A DNA stretch of 64,000 nucleotides from Candidatus Diapherotrites archaeon ADurb.Bin253 (GTDB lineage Archaea > Nanobdellota > Nanobdellia > Pacearchaeales > GW2011-AR1), in the NCBI GenBank assembly GCA_002069705.1, contig MWBV01000002.1:2691-66690 (forward strand). Direction: 5' to 3'. The notes under the pieces were generated by a model. The model was not told where the DNA came from. It saw nothing but the letters and a program-made list of their open reading frames with translations, and did not search any database. This document shows positions 46,823-55,598 of this stretch, in pieces; the first letter of the stretch is position 1, and each line of letters begins with the position of its first letter. The translations under genes were made by a program, and so were the position numbers.

Positions 46823-47374
46823 ATGGCTTCAATATACCAACCAGCTGAAGATTCTTATCTAATGTCAAGAATATTAAAAGAACAATTACCAGAATTATTA
46901 AATAAAAATCCTGATTTAAGATTCCTTGAAATAGGGGCTGGCTCAGGAATACATCTTCAAACAGCAAGTAGATTAGGAGTTAAAAAAGAAAATATTTTCT
47001 CTTCAGATATAAACAAAAATTCTGTTAATCATTGTAATCTTCTTGGATTTAATTGTATATATTCAGATTTGTTTGAGAATATTGAAGGAAAATTTGATTT
47101 GATAATTTTCAATCCTCCGTATCTTCCTCAAGATTCAAATGAACCAGAAGATTCATCTCTTGCAACAACAGGAGGGGTTAAAGGGAATGAGATTATTCTA
47201 AGATTTTTAAATGATGCAAAATTTCACCTTGAAAAAAATGGAAAAATATTTTTAATCACAAGCAGTTTATCTGAAGATATTAATTTCCAAGATTTAGGGT
47301 ATGTTGAAAAAGAATTAGGCTGTGAAAAATTATTTTTTGAAAGATTATGTATCTGGGAATTGAAAATTATCTGA
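46823..47374 (+). CDS. HemK/Mtq2-like N5-glutamine (NPPY) methyltransferase
   Basis: YQPAEDSYLM at the N-terminus, SAM motif LEIGAGSG, and catalytic IIFNPPYLP. Confidence 0.7.
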   Translation: MASIYQPAEDSYLMSRILKEQLPELLNKNPDLRFLEIGAGSGIHLQTASRLGVKKENIFSSDINKNSVNHCNLLGFNCIYSDLFENIEGKFDLIIFNPPYLPQDSNEPEDSSLATTGGVKGNEIILRFLNDAKFHLEKNGKIFLITSSLSEDINFQDLGYVEKELGCEKLFFERLCIWELKII

Positions 47375-48161
47375 TATTCTTTTCAAAAACATCTCTTTTT
47401 TCTCTATAGAATATTCCTAAAGGAATCTTTGTTTTTCTGTTTATACCATTATAATCAAATTCCTGTGCTCTTTTCATAGCAGCTTCAAAGCTTTTCTCAT
47501 TATGCTTTTTTTCTTTCAACATATATGTGTATTTTTTATAATTTGTATTAGAATGGAAAATTAAACATGGCTGTATAACTTCAATAAATGCAAATCCCTT
47601 GTGCTTAAATGCTTCTTCAAGAACTTCTTCTATTTGTTTTGCATCTGCATAAACTCTTGCAACAAAAGTAGCTCCAGCAGAAAGCATTAATTTTATTGGA
47701 TTAATTGGAGGAACTCTAACTCCACGAGGATTTGTTTTATCTTTGAATCCTACTTCTGTTACAGGGGTTGGTTGCCCCACTGTTAAAGCAAATACTTGAT
47801 TATTATGAACCAAATATTTTATATCGCTATTGTATCTTGCAGCATGAATTAAATGTTCCATACCTTCTGCATAAGCATCTCCATCTCCAGAGAATGCAAT
47901 TACATTCAGATTTGGACTTGCAACTTTTACTCCTAATGCTGTTGGAAGAGCTCTTCCATGAAGAGAATTTATTCCATTTAAATTAATATAATCAAATATT
48001 TTAGCATGACATCCTATTCCTGTAACTATTGCATAATTTTTCTTGTCTCCATCATTTTTTATTTTTTTACTTAAGAAATTTTTAACACCTGCAAGTATCT
48101 GAAAGTTCCAGCATCCTGGACACCAAGTTGGTTTTGTATTTGTGTTTAAATTTGCTGACAT
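47367..48161 (-). CDS. 2-oxoacid:ferredoxin oxidoreductase, beta (TPP-binding) subunit
   Basis: TWCPGCWNFQIL, GIGCH and FSGDGDAYAEGMEHLIHAARYN are typical of OFOR beta subunits. Confidence 0.8.
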   Translation of the reverse strand: MSANLNTNTKPTWCPGCWNFQILAGVKNFLSKKIKNDGDKKNYAIVTGIGCHAKIFDYINLNGINSLHGRALPTALGVKVASPNLNVIAFSGDGDAYAEGMEHLIHAARYNSDIKYLVHNNQVFALTVGQPTPVTEVGFKDKTNPRGVRVPPINPIKLMLSAGATFVARVYADAKQIEEVLEEAFKHKGFAFIEVIQPCLIFHSNTNYKKYTYMLKEKKHNEKSFEAAMKRAQEFDYNGINRKTKIPLGIFYREKRDVFEKNIR

Positions 48162-48167
48162 TTTATT

Positions 48168-48614
48168 TTAAAACTTAACACCTCCCATAAATTCTTTCCA
48201 TCTTGGAATTATAATTGAAACTGCTCCTATAAGCAAAGCAAGTATAATTCCCACTTCATTATGTTCTTGAGCAATTATTCTTTGTAAACTTACAATTATT
48301 ATTAATACTCCTGAAAATATAAAATAAGGAATTCTCCAAGATTTTTTCTGGTCAATAAAAAACCAGAGTATATACAATAAAAGAATTGTAAATAAAACAT
48401 GGTAGGATGCATCATATAATATGTTTCCCTCAGATAAATACATTGGTAAATACTTAAAAAATATTAGCCCAATTACCATTAAAATTGCAGTATAAGAAAT
48501 CCAAATTAATTGCTGTTCAGTTTTTGTATTTAATTTTTTATTTTCTTGATTTTTTACTTTTTGTTTTTTTGCTGTTTCTTTTGTTTTTTTGCTTCTTGCT
48601 TTATTTTTTTTCAT
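48168..48614 (-). CDS. Membrane protein, 148 aa (weak PAP2-like hints)
   Basis: Basic N-terminus and four TM helices. DASYHV and LQRIIAQEHNEVG are only weakly reminiscent of PAP2 motifs. An ATGA start/stop overlap links it to the upstream GNAT gene. Confidence 0.5.
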   Translation of the reverse strand: MKKNKARSKKTKETAKKQKVKNQENKKLNTKTEQQLIWISYTAILMVIGLIFFKYLPMYLSEGNILYDASYHVLFTILLLYILWFFIDQKKSWRIPYFIFSGVLIIIVSLQRIIAQEHNEVGIILALLIGAVSIIIPRWKEFMGGVKF

Positions 48615-49213
48615 TTTCTGTTTTCTAATTTTTTTATCTTTTTATTTAAGTGTTTAATAACTTTAGGACGAGCTTTTTCCCACTCTTCTTTTAATAAACC
48701 ATAAACAATATCATCATGAATTTTTTTAGTTGGTTTACATATTGACTCTTTTCTTAAAACACCTTCTTTTTGATATCCCATTCTTTCTTGTGTTTTTTGT
48801 GAGGCTTTATTTTCTTTAAAAACTTTTGATTTTAGTTTCCTTAATTTTAATTTATGAAATACAAAATCATTTACTGCAATTTTAGCCTCAGTTATATATC
48901 CTTTTTTTTGATACCTTTCATTTATCCATGAACCTGTTTCTGCAGTTCCCTGATCTTTTTTATAATCATTTAAATCAATTGCACCAATAACTTTTTTCTC
49001 TTTTCTTAATTCAATAAAAAATTTATAAGATTCTTTATCTTTCTTTTTTTTAGAACATCTATTCAAATATTCTAAAGCATCTTTTTTAGTGTATGGATAG
49101 GGTATGGTAAGAGTATTTTTTGAGATATTTAGATTATTTAACCCATCTACTAAATCTTTCCAATCTCCAATTCTTGGTTCTCTCAAAGTCAATCTTTTTG
49201 TTTCTATTTTCAT
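48611..49213 (-). CDS. GNAT N-acetyltransferase (RimJ/RimL-like)
   Basis: TKRLTLREP at the N-terminus, QKKGYITEA (acetyl-CoA loop) and QERMGYQKEGVLRKE. An ATGA overlap links it to the upstream OFOR alpha gene. Confidence 0.75.
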   Translation of the reverse strand: MKIETKRLTLREPRIGDWKDLVDGLNNLNISKNTLTIPYPYTKKDALEYLNRCSKKKKDKESYKFFIELRKEKKVIGAIDLNDYKKDQGTAETGSWINERYQKKGYITEAKIAVNDFVFHKLKLRKLKSKVFKENKASQKTQERMGYQKEGVLRKESICKPTKKIHDDIVYGLLKEEWEKARPKVIKHLNKKIKKLENRK

Positions 49214-50691
49214 ATTAACCTCTTTTCTATTTCTTTTCTTAATTCATCTGCAAGAAAAGGACGTCCATCATATCTTAATATTTTATTTTTATCTTGTATA
49301 AACATACCAGTGTGTTTTGAGATAACTCCTGCTAATTGTCCTGTTGAAGAATTCTCTACAAGAATTATATTTTTCCTCAGAAGATTTTCTTTTATTCCGT
49401 CTGAAAAAGGTTCAAGATATTTTACATGTAAAAATTCAACATCTAAATCCTTTATTGCATCAAGTATAGCTCCTTTAGTTGACCCCCAGCTTACAACTAC
49501 ATTCATAGAATCTGTTTCACCATAAACAGAAAATCTTGGGAATTTTTCAACCTCTTTTTTTATTTCCTGAGTTTTTCTTAATCTCCTATCTACATTTGCT
49601 TTTATTATCTGAGCATTTTCTGTAGCACTTCCAATATTGTCTTTCTCATAACTATTATATCTTATAAGTTGTGTTGTATTTTCTACTTTTTTTATAGAAG
49701 ATTCTTCTTCAAGTGTGTAATAACTTTCAGCAAGATGTTTATCTCCAAGAATTATAGAAGGTATTTTGAATTTTTGAGATAAATAAAATGCTTCATTTGT
49801 TATTTCCTGTGCTTCTTTTGGGTCTCCTGGTGCAGCAACTGTTCTTGGAAATTCTCCATGTCCAAAATTCAATGCCATATTCAAATCTCCTTGAGAAGTG
49901 TAAGTCGCAACACCTGTTCCAGGACCAGGTCTTTGTGCTAAATAAACAACAATAGGTATTTCTGCAACACCCGCCATACTTAATCCCTCAGTCATTAAAT
50001 CAAATCCTCCTCCAGAAGTTCCAACCATAACATTTTTTCCTAATGCTGCACTCCCTAATCCTGCATTAACAACAGCAATTTCATTTTCTAATTCTATTAC
50101 CTTTACACCATCAACTGGAGCTAACTCGCTAAGTATAGGTGTTGCAGGAGTCATCGGATATGCATAATAAATATCTATCCCTGAGTTTAAAGCCCCATTA
50201 CATATTCCAATATTTCCATTTATGAAATAACTCTCTTTTTTTACTGTTCTTATTTTGCATACATTTCTTGTTTCTTCATCATATCCTCTTTTTGCATTTG
50301 CAAGATTTTCATTGAAATTTTTCTCTAGCTTTCTCAATCCTTCTTCAAGAAGTTTAAAATCCATACATAATAATTTGAAAATTCTCCCAGCATAATACAT
50401 ATTCTCCTTAGAATCTTTAAGCAATATTCCTCCTGTTTTCAAGTTTTTTTTATGGAGTTCTTCTGTTTTGCTATCTAAACAAACTAAAATATCTATCTTT
50501 GAATCATTACTAGATACAGGTTCATCTGAAAAAGTAATTACATTAAAGTTGTGTCCTCCTCTTATAAGTGATTGATAATCTCTTGAATAAAAAGCATAAT
50601 TTCCACTTTTTATAATAGCATCACCTATAATTTGAGTTAAAATATTTGGACCTTGTCCTGCTTCACCCCCTATAAGTATATTATATCTCAC
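49210..50691 (-). CDS. 2-oxoacid:ferredoxin oxidoreductase, fused gamma-alpha subunit
   Basis: The N-terminal gamma-type motif is ILIGGEAGQGPNIL. The alpha core is YAYPMTPATPILSEL and GTSGGGFDLMTEGLSMAG. Confidence 0.8.
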   Translation of the reverse strand: MRYNILIGGEAGQGPNILTQIIGDAIIKSGNYAFYSRDYQSLIRGGHNFNVITFSDEPVSSNDSKIDILVCLDSKTEELHKKNLKTGGILLKDSKENMYYAGRIFKLLCMDFKLLEEGLRKLEKNFNENLANAKRGYDEETRNVCKIRTVKKESYFINGNIGICNGALNSGIDIYYAYPMTPATPILSELAPVDGVKVIELENEIAVVNAGLGSAALGKNVMVGTSGGGFDLMTEGLSMAGVAEIPIVVYLAQRPGPGTGVATYTSQGDLNMALNFGHGEFPRTVAAPGDPKEAQEITNEAFYLSQKFKIPSIILGDKHLAESYYTLEEESSIKKVENTTQLIRYNSYEKDNIGSATENAQIIKANVDRRLRKTQEIKKEVEKFPRFSVYGETDSMNVVVSWGSTKGAILDAIKDLDVEFLHVKYLEPFSDGIKENLLRKNIILVENSSTGQLAGVISKHTGMFIQDKNKILRYDGRPFLADELRKEIEKRLI

Positions 50692-50798
50692 TTTGTACCT
50701 CTTTATCGCAATTAATTTTATATATAGTAATAGTTTTGAGCTGTTATAAACTTTTTTGTATAAAAATAGTTAAAAATATTCATTAAATTAATACTAAA

Positions 50799-50930
50799 AT
50801 GGTAAGGTTTGCTCACGACGACTTTAGGAGGAGTCTGCTAAAATGGTAAGGTTTGCTCACGACGACTTTAGGAGGAGTCTGCTAAAATGGTAAGGTTTGC
50901 ACACGACGACTTTAGGAGGAGTCTGCTAAA
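50799..50930 (+). repeat. Three head-to-tail 44-bp copies of the mre11 start region
   Basis: The copies occupy 50799-50842, 50843-50886 and 50887-50930. Each reads ATGGTAAGGTTTGC(T/T/A)CACGACGACTTTAGGAGGAGTCTGCTAAA. The genuine mre11 start at 50931 repeats the first 18 nt with a G at the variable base. Confidence 0.95.
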
Positions 50931-52103
50931 ATGGTAAGGTTTGCGCACATAGCAGATGTACATCTTGGAGGATGGAAACAACAACCAATGCAGAATTTAA
51001 ACTTTGAGTCATTCAAAGAGGCTGTGAATATATGCATAACTTCTAAATTAGATTTTGTGCTGTTTTCAGGAGATTTATTTGATTCAGCATACCCTCCAAT
51101 AGAGATACTGAAAGAAACTTTTGCACAATTTAAAAGACTTAAAGATGCAGGAATACCTTGTTTCACAATAGCAGGTTCTCATGATTATTCTGTATCCGGT
51201 AAAACTTTTCTAGATGTTCTGGAGAAAGCAGGATTTTGTAAAAATGTATATAATGCAGAAGAAAAAGAAAATTCAATAACTCTAAATCCTGTTATTTACG
51301 GAAATGTTGCAATATATGGATATCCAGGTAGAAAATCTGGTTTAGAAATAGCAGATTTGAAAAAAGTTAAATTCAATGATGCTCCTGGTTTATACAAAAT
51401 ATTTATGCTTCACACAACAATAGACAGAGTTGTAGGAACACTCCCAATTGAATCAATTAATCCAGATAGACTTCCTCATGCAGATTATTATGCTCTTGGG
51501 CATATTCATGTTTTTTACAGCGATAGAGGATTTGTTTATCCAGGTCCACTATTCCCAAACAATTTCAAAGAACTTGAAGATTTAAAGCAAGGTTCTTTTG
51601 TAATTGTTGATACTGAATCTAATTCAAGATTACAAAGAATAAAATTGCCAACAAAGCAAATAGAACACATGGTTATTGAAATAGAAGATGCATTAACAGG
51701 AACAGAAAAAATAATTTATGAATTAAATAAAAGAAATCTTAAAGATAAAATAATTCTTCTTAGGGTCTATGGTGAATTAAAAAGAGGAAAATCTTCTGAT
51801 ATAAAATTTTCTAAGATTGAAGAATTTGTTAAAGGCAAAGAAGCTTATTTTTTATTAAGAAATACTCATGATTTAATTTCTGAAGAACAGGAACTAGACC
51901 TTAAACTACCTGAAAAAGATTCAGAGAATATAGAAGAAGAAACAATAAAGGTTTATTCTGAAGAAAACCCTTCTTCTTTCAATAAAATAATTCCAGAATT
52001 AATGAATGCACTTTCAATAGAAAAACAAGAAGGAGAAACAACAGAAACTTTCAATAACAGGATACTTCAAGGAACTAAAAAGTTCTTTAAATTTCCTAAT
52101 TAA
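50931..52103 (+). CDS. mre11: DNA double-strand break repair nuclease Mre11
   Basis: Phosphoesterase motifs are FAHIADVHLGG, FSGDLFD, IAGSHD, MLHTT and GHIH. Confidence 0.9.
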   Translation: MVRFAHIADVHLGGWKQQPMQNLNFESFKEAVNICITSKLDFVLFSGDLFDSAYPPIEILKETFAQFKRLKDAGIPCFTIAGSHDYSVSGKTFLDVLEKAGFCKNVYNAEEKENSITLNPVIYGNVAIYGYPGRKSGLEIADLKKVKFNDAPGLYKIFMLHTTIDRVVGTLPIESINPDRLPHADYYALGHIHVFYSDRGFVYPGPLFPNNFKELEDLKQGSFVIVDTESNSRLQRIKLPTKQIEHMVIEIEDALTGTEKIIYELNKRNLKDKIILLRVYGELKRGKSSDIKFSKIEEFVKGKEAYFLLRNTHDLISEEQELDLKLPEKDSENIEEETIKVYSEENPSSFNKIIPELMNALSIEKQEGETTETFNNRILQGTKKFFKFPN

Positions 52104-52108
52104 TTAAA

Positions 52109-54160
52109 ATGAAAATAAAACGAATAATATTAAAAAATATAAGAAGCTATGAGTATCAGGAAATAACTTTTCCAGAAGGTTCAGTCCTTCTTTCAGGAGA
52201 TATTGGCTCAGGTAAAACTTCAATACTTTTGGCAATAGAATTTGCATTATTTGGTTTACAACCTGGACAAAAAGGTTCTTCTCTCTTACGCAATGGGCAA
52301 GTTAATGGAGGAGTTGAAATAGAATTTGAAGTTGACAATAAAACAATAATTATTGAGAGAACCTTAAAAAAAACAAAATCTATTTCTCAAGATTACTGTT
52401 CAATTTCAATAGATGGAGATAAAAAAGAAATTTCAGTTACAGAACTAAAAAGTAAAGTCCTTGAAATATTAAACTATCCGAAAGAATTTTCAAAGAAACA
52501 GAATATACTTTACAAGTTCACAGTTTATACTCCACAAGAAGAAATGAAGCAAATCATTCTTGAGGATTCAGAGACAAGAATAAATACTTTAAGACATGTT
52601 TTTGGAATAGATAAATACAAAAAAATACTTGAAAACGCTTCTGTGTTAATTGCTAAAGTAAGAGAAGAAAAAAGAATAAAGGATGCTATAACTTCAAATC
52701 TTGAACATGATAAATTACACATAGAAACCAAAGAAAAAGAACTTTCAGAAAAATCATTTAGCATACTTTCATTTGAAGATGATTTAAAGAAAAAATCTGA
52801 AAAAAGAAAAATTATTCAGGAAGAAAAAGAAGAGATATTTAGAAAAATAGATGAAAAGAGAAAGCTTCAGCAGGAAATCGAAAAAACAATATTTCTTAGA
52901 TCAACTAAAGAAGACACTATTTCAAGCAATTCACGCATGATGACTCAGCTTAAATCTCAGATTCAGGAACTAAAAGATTTAGATTATGATGAAAAAGAAA
53001 TAGAAAAATTGGAAAAAGATATTTCTGAATTAAAATTAAAGAAACAAGAGTTAAATGAACAAAATATACACATTACAAGTTTAATCCATTCTCTTAATTC
53101 TAAAAATTCTGACAATGAAAAAGTAAAAGAAAAACTTAAACATCTTGAAGTCTGTCCAACATGTCTTCAGGAAGTTGACCCAGTATACAAATCAAATGTT
53201 GTTAATCAAATGGATTCAGACACTTCTGCAAATAATAATTTGATAAAAGAAAACACAGAGAAAAAAGAAGCCATAAGGGACCAAATGCTTAAACTTGATT
53301 ATGACTCTTCAATAAAAGAAAAAAGAATTCACGAATTAAGAATATTGAAAGTAAGATTACGTGAACTTGATGATAAACAAAGACATCTAACAACACTGGA
53401 AAAAACAAATCTTGCTTTAACTAAAGATTTAGAGATGCTTGACAGCCAAATAAATCTCCTTAAATCAAGTGTTTTTGAACTTAACAAATATGATAATATT
53501 AATGATGCAAAGCAAAGAGAGCTTAATGAAGCTTTGAGAGAAGAAAAACTAGCAGAAATAAAAGTTGCAGAGCTGAAAAGAGAAATAGAAGTATTTTCAA
53601 GACAAATAAATGAGATGAAGGAGCGTGTAAAAAAGACAGAAGAAATAAAACAACAAGCTCATTATCTTTCTGATTTAGAAGAATGGCTTTCAAAGAAATT
53701 TATACCAATAATTCTTGTTGTTGAAAAAAATGTTTTCACTAAACTGAAAATAGAATTCTCTAAACTTTTTTCTAAATGGTTCTCTATGTTAGTGTCAGAT
53801 AGTTTTAATGTAAGATTAAGTGAAGATTTTACACCAATAATAGAACAACAGGATTATGAAATAGATTATGCTTATCTTTCAGGAGGAGAGAGGACAGCTA
53901 TTGCCCTTGCATATAGACTTGCACTAAATCAAGTAATTAATTCTTTTTTGAGTAAAATAAAAACAAGAGATTTAGTTATACTTGACGAACCAACAGATGG
54001 TTTTTCAGAACAGCAATTAGATAAGATGAGAGAGGTTTTAGATGAATTGAATGTTTCCCAGTTAATAATTGTAAGTCATGAACAGAAGATTGAAAGCTTT
54101 GTAGATAATGTAATAAAATTCAAGAAAGAAAACGGGAGAAGCATTATTGAAACTAAATAA
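52109..54160 (+). CDS. rad50: DNA double-strand break repair ATPase Rad50 (short coiled coil)
   Basis: Walker A GDIGSGKTS, zinc hook CPTC (LEVCPTCLQEV) in mid coiled coil, signature LSGGE, Walker B LVILDEPT. There is a 5-nt gap after mre11. Confidence 0.9.
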   Translation: MKIKRIILKNIRSYEYQEITFPEGSVLLSGDIGSGKTSILLAIEFALFGLQPGQKGSSLLRNGQVNGGVEIEFEVDNKTIIIERTLKKTKSISQDYCSISIDGDKKEISVTELKSKVLEILNYPKEFSKKQNILYKFTVYTPQEEMKQIILEDSETRINTLRHVFGIDKYKKILENASVLIAKVREEKRIKDAITSNLEHDKLHIETKEKELSEKSFSILSFEDDLKKKSEKRKIIQEEKEEIFRKIDEKRKLQQEIEKTIFLRSTKEDTISSNSRMMTQLKSQIQELKDLDYDEKEIEKLEKDISELKLKKQELNEQNIHITSLIHSLNSKNSDNEKVKEKLKHLEVCPTCLQEVDPVYKSNVVNQMDSDTSANNNLIKENTEKKEAIRDQMLKLDYDSSIKEKRIHELRILKVRLRELDDKQRHLTTLEKTNLALTKDLEMLDSQINLLKSSVFELNKYDNINDAKQRELNEALREEKLAEIKVAELKREIEVFSRQINEMKERVKKTEEIKQQAHYLSDLEEWLSKKFIPIILVVEKNVFTKLKIEFSKLFSKWFSMLVSDSFNVRLSEDFTPIIEQQDYEIDYAYLSGGERTAIALAYRLALNQVINSFLSKIKTRDLVILDEPTDGFSEQQLDKMREVLDELNVSQLIIVSHEQKIESFVDNVIKFKKENGRSIIETK

Positions 54161-54183
54161 AATTAGCAATATCTTGCTTTTTT

Positions 54184-54203
54184 CACAACCAAAAATTTAT
54201 AAA
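54184..54203 (+). repeat. Promoter-like direct repeat, copy 1 (contains TTTATAAA)
   Basis: CACAACCAAAAATTTATAAA recurs with one extra A at 54837-54858. Both copies are preceded by a T-run. Confidence 0.8.
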
Positions 54204-54207
54204 CTTT

Positions 54208-54228
54208 ATATGCATATGAAATGCATAT
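54208..54228 (+). promoter_or_regulatory. Candidate antitoxin operator: two ATGCAT palindromic cores 11 bp apart
   Basis: ATATGCATAT is a perfect 10-bp palindrome at 54208-54217, followed by ATGCATAT at 54221-54228. Both lie between the TATA box and the antitoxin start. Confidence 0.4.
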
Positions 54229-54272
54229 TAAATACACAGCATATACACATTAAATAAATGCAAGGAGAGAGC

Positions 54273-54536
54273 ATGAAAAACAAGACGATTTCTGCTAGAG
54301 TAGAATTAAATGATTACACTAACAGAGTTTTAGGAGTTATAAAAATGAAATTTGGATTAAAAGATAAATCTGAGGCATTGAATAAATTTATTGAACTTTA
54401 TGGAGACGATGTAATAGAAAGAGAGGCAAAAGATGAATATATTAAAAATGTAATAAGAATATCTGAGAATCATCTTAAGAAGTATGGAAAAAGAAAAATG
54501 ACTCTACAAGAATTAAACAAACTCTGCGAGGAGTAA
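54273..54536 (+). CDS. Antitoxin of a type II TA pair
   Basis: The track ORF starts at 54258. The ATG at 54273 has an AGGAGA SD. It is small, with a beta-strand-like N-terminus KTISARVELNDYTNRVLGVIK. Its stop abuts the toxin ATG. Confidence 0.6.
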   Translation: MKNKTISARVELNDYTNRVLGVIKMKFGLKDKSEALNKFIELYGDDVIEREAKDEYIKNVIRISENHLKKYGKRKMTLQELNKLCEE

Positions 54537-54812
54537 ATGTTTGATTTTGATATTTCTGATGAATTGAAACTTATTATTATGAAATTAGTAAAAAAAGACA
54601 AGAAAAAAGTAGAAATTATAAACAAAAAGATTAAGGAAATAATAAATTGTGATAATGTTTCTATAAACCACTACAAGAATTTAAGGTATGATTTAAAGGA
54701 ATTTAAAAGAGTGCATATTGACAAGAATTTTGTTTTAATATTCAAGGTAGATTTAACTAATAACTTTATTTTATTTGTGGACTTTGACCATCATGATAGA
54801 GTGTATAAATAA
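54537..54812 (+). CDS. relE: RelE/StbE-family toxin
   Basis: 91 aa. LKEFKRVHIDKNFVLIFKVDLTNNFILFVDFDHHDRVYK follows the RelE pattern (R-x-R/H-hydrophobic core, terminal H-x-x-x-Y). Confidence 0.65.
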   Translation: MFDFDISDELKLIIMKLVKKDKKKVEIINKKIKEIINCDNVSINHYKNLRYDLKEFKRVHIDKNFVLIFKVDLTNNFILFVDFDHHDRVYK

Positions 54813-54836
54813 ATCCTCAGATATTAACAATTTTTC

Positions 54837-54858
54837 CACAACCAAAAAATTTATAAAA
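54837..54858 (+). repeat. Promoter-like direct repeat, copy 2 (probable psmB promoter)
   Basis: CACAACCAAAAAATTTATAAAA, with TTTATAAA at 54850-54857, 56 nt upstream of the psmB ATG. Confidence 0.8.
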
Positions 54859-54913
54859 TCATCAATTTTACATATAATATAAATTCTGAATTGATTTTAT
54901 CGGAAAATCTAAA

Positions 54914-55579
54914 ATGGATGAAGAATTAAAAAAATCAATGTTAAAGACAGGTACGACAATATTAGGAATTGTTTGTAAAGACGGTATTGTTATGGCTTCT
55001 GACAGACAAGTTTCTGCAGGAAACCTGGTTGTAAGCAAAAATTATGCAAAGACAATAAAGGTAAATGATTATCTTCTTGTTTCTTTCACAGGCATGGTTT
55101 CTGATGCTCAGAGAGTTGTAAAAATTTTACCAGCAGAATTAAAACTTAAGGAACTTAGGGCTAAATCAAGACCTACTGTTGAACAGGCAGCAAACTTACT
55201 TTCAAGTATACTATATTCTGGAATAAGACAACCTTCAATGATTCCAATGCAAGTTGGAAATTTAATAGGAGGTTTCAATGAAGATGGAACAATAGAACTC
55301 TACACTGTTGAACCAGCAGGAAGTGTTGTTAAAGTAGAAGATTATGATGCAAACTTTGGTTCAGGTATGCCTTATGTTTTAGGATTATTAGAGAGACAAT
55401 ACAAAAAGGACTTAACTCTTAAAGAAGGAGTTGAACTTGCAAAAGAGGCCTTAAAATCTTCAACTCAAAGAGACATGGGTTCAGGATATGGAATTGATGT
55501 GTTTACAATAACAAAAGAGGGAATTAAAAAAGTCGTTGAACAACAGATTCTTCCGGAATATATAGACGAGAAGAAATAA
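54914..55579 (+). CDS. psmB: Proteasome subunit beta
   Basis: Propeptide followed by GTTILGIVCKDGIVMASDRQ (active-site Thr). Confidence 0.9.
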   Translation: MDEELKKSMLKTGTTILGIVCKDGIVMASDRQVSAGNLVVSKNYAKTIKVNDYLLVSFTGMVSDAQRVVKILPAELKLKELRAKSRPTVEQAANLLSSILYSGIRQPSMIPMQVGNLIGGFNEDGTIELYTVEPAGSVVKVEDYDANFGSGMPYVLGLLERQYKKDLTLKEGVELAKEALKSSTQRDMGSGYGIDVFTITKEGIKKVVEQQILPEYIDEKK

Positions 55580-55598
55580 ATTTACATATATTTTTAAA

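Noticed and set aside
50799-50930. Possible CRISPR array
   Set aside because: The 44-bp units are directly contiguous with no spacers. They duplicate the mre11 start codon region, and no cas genes are nearby. This is a tandem repeat, not a CRISPR.
50912-51166. Minus-strand ORF overlapping the mre11 5' end
   Set aside because: It lies antisense to the region encoding the conserved Mre11 phosphoesterase motifs and has no independent support.
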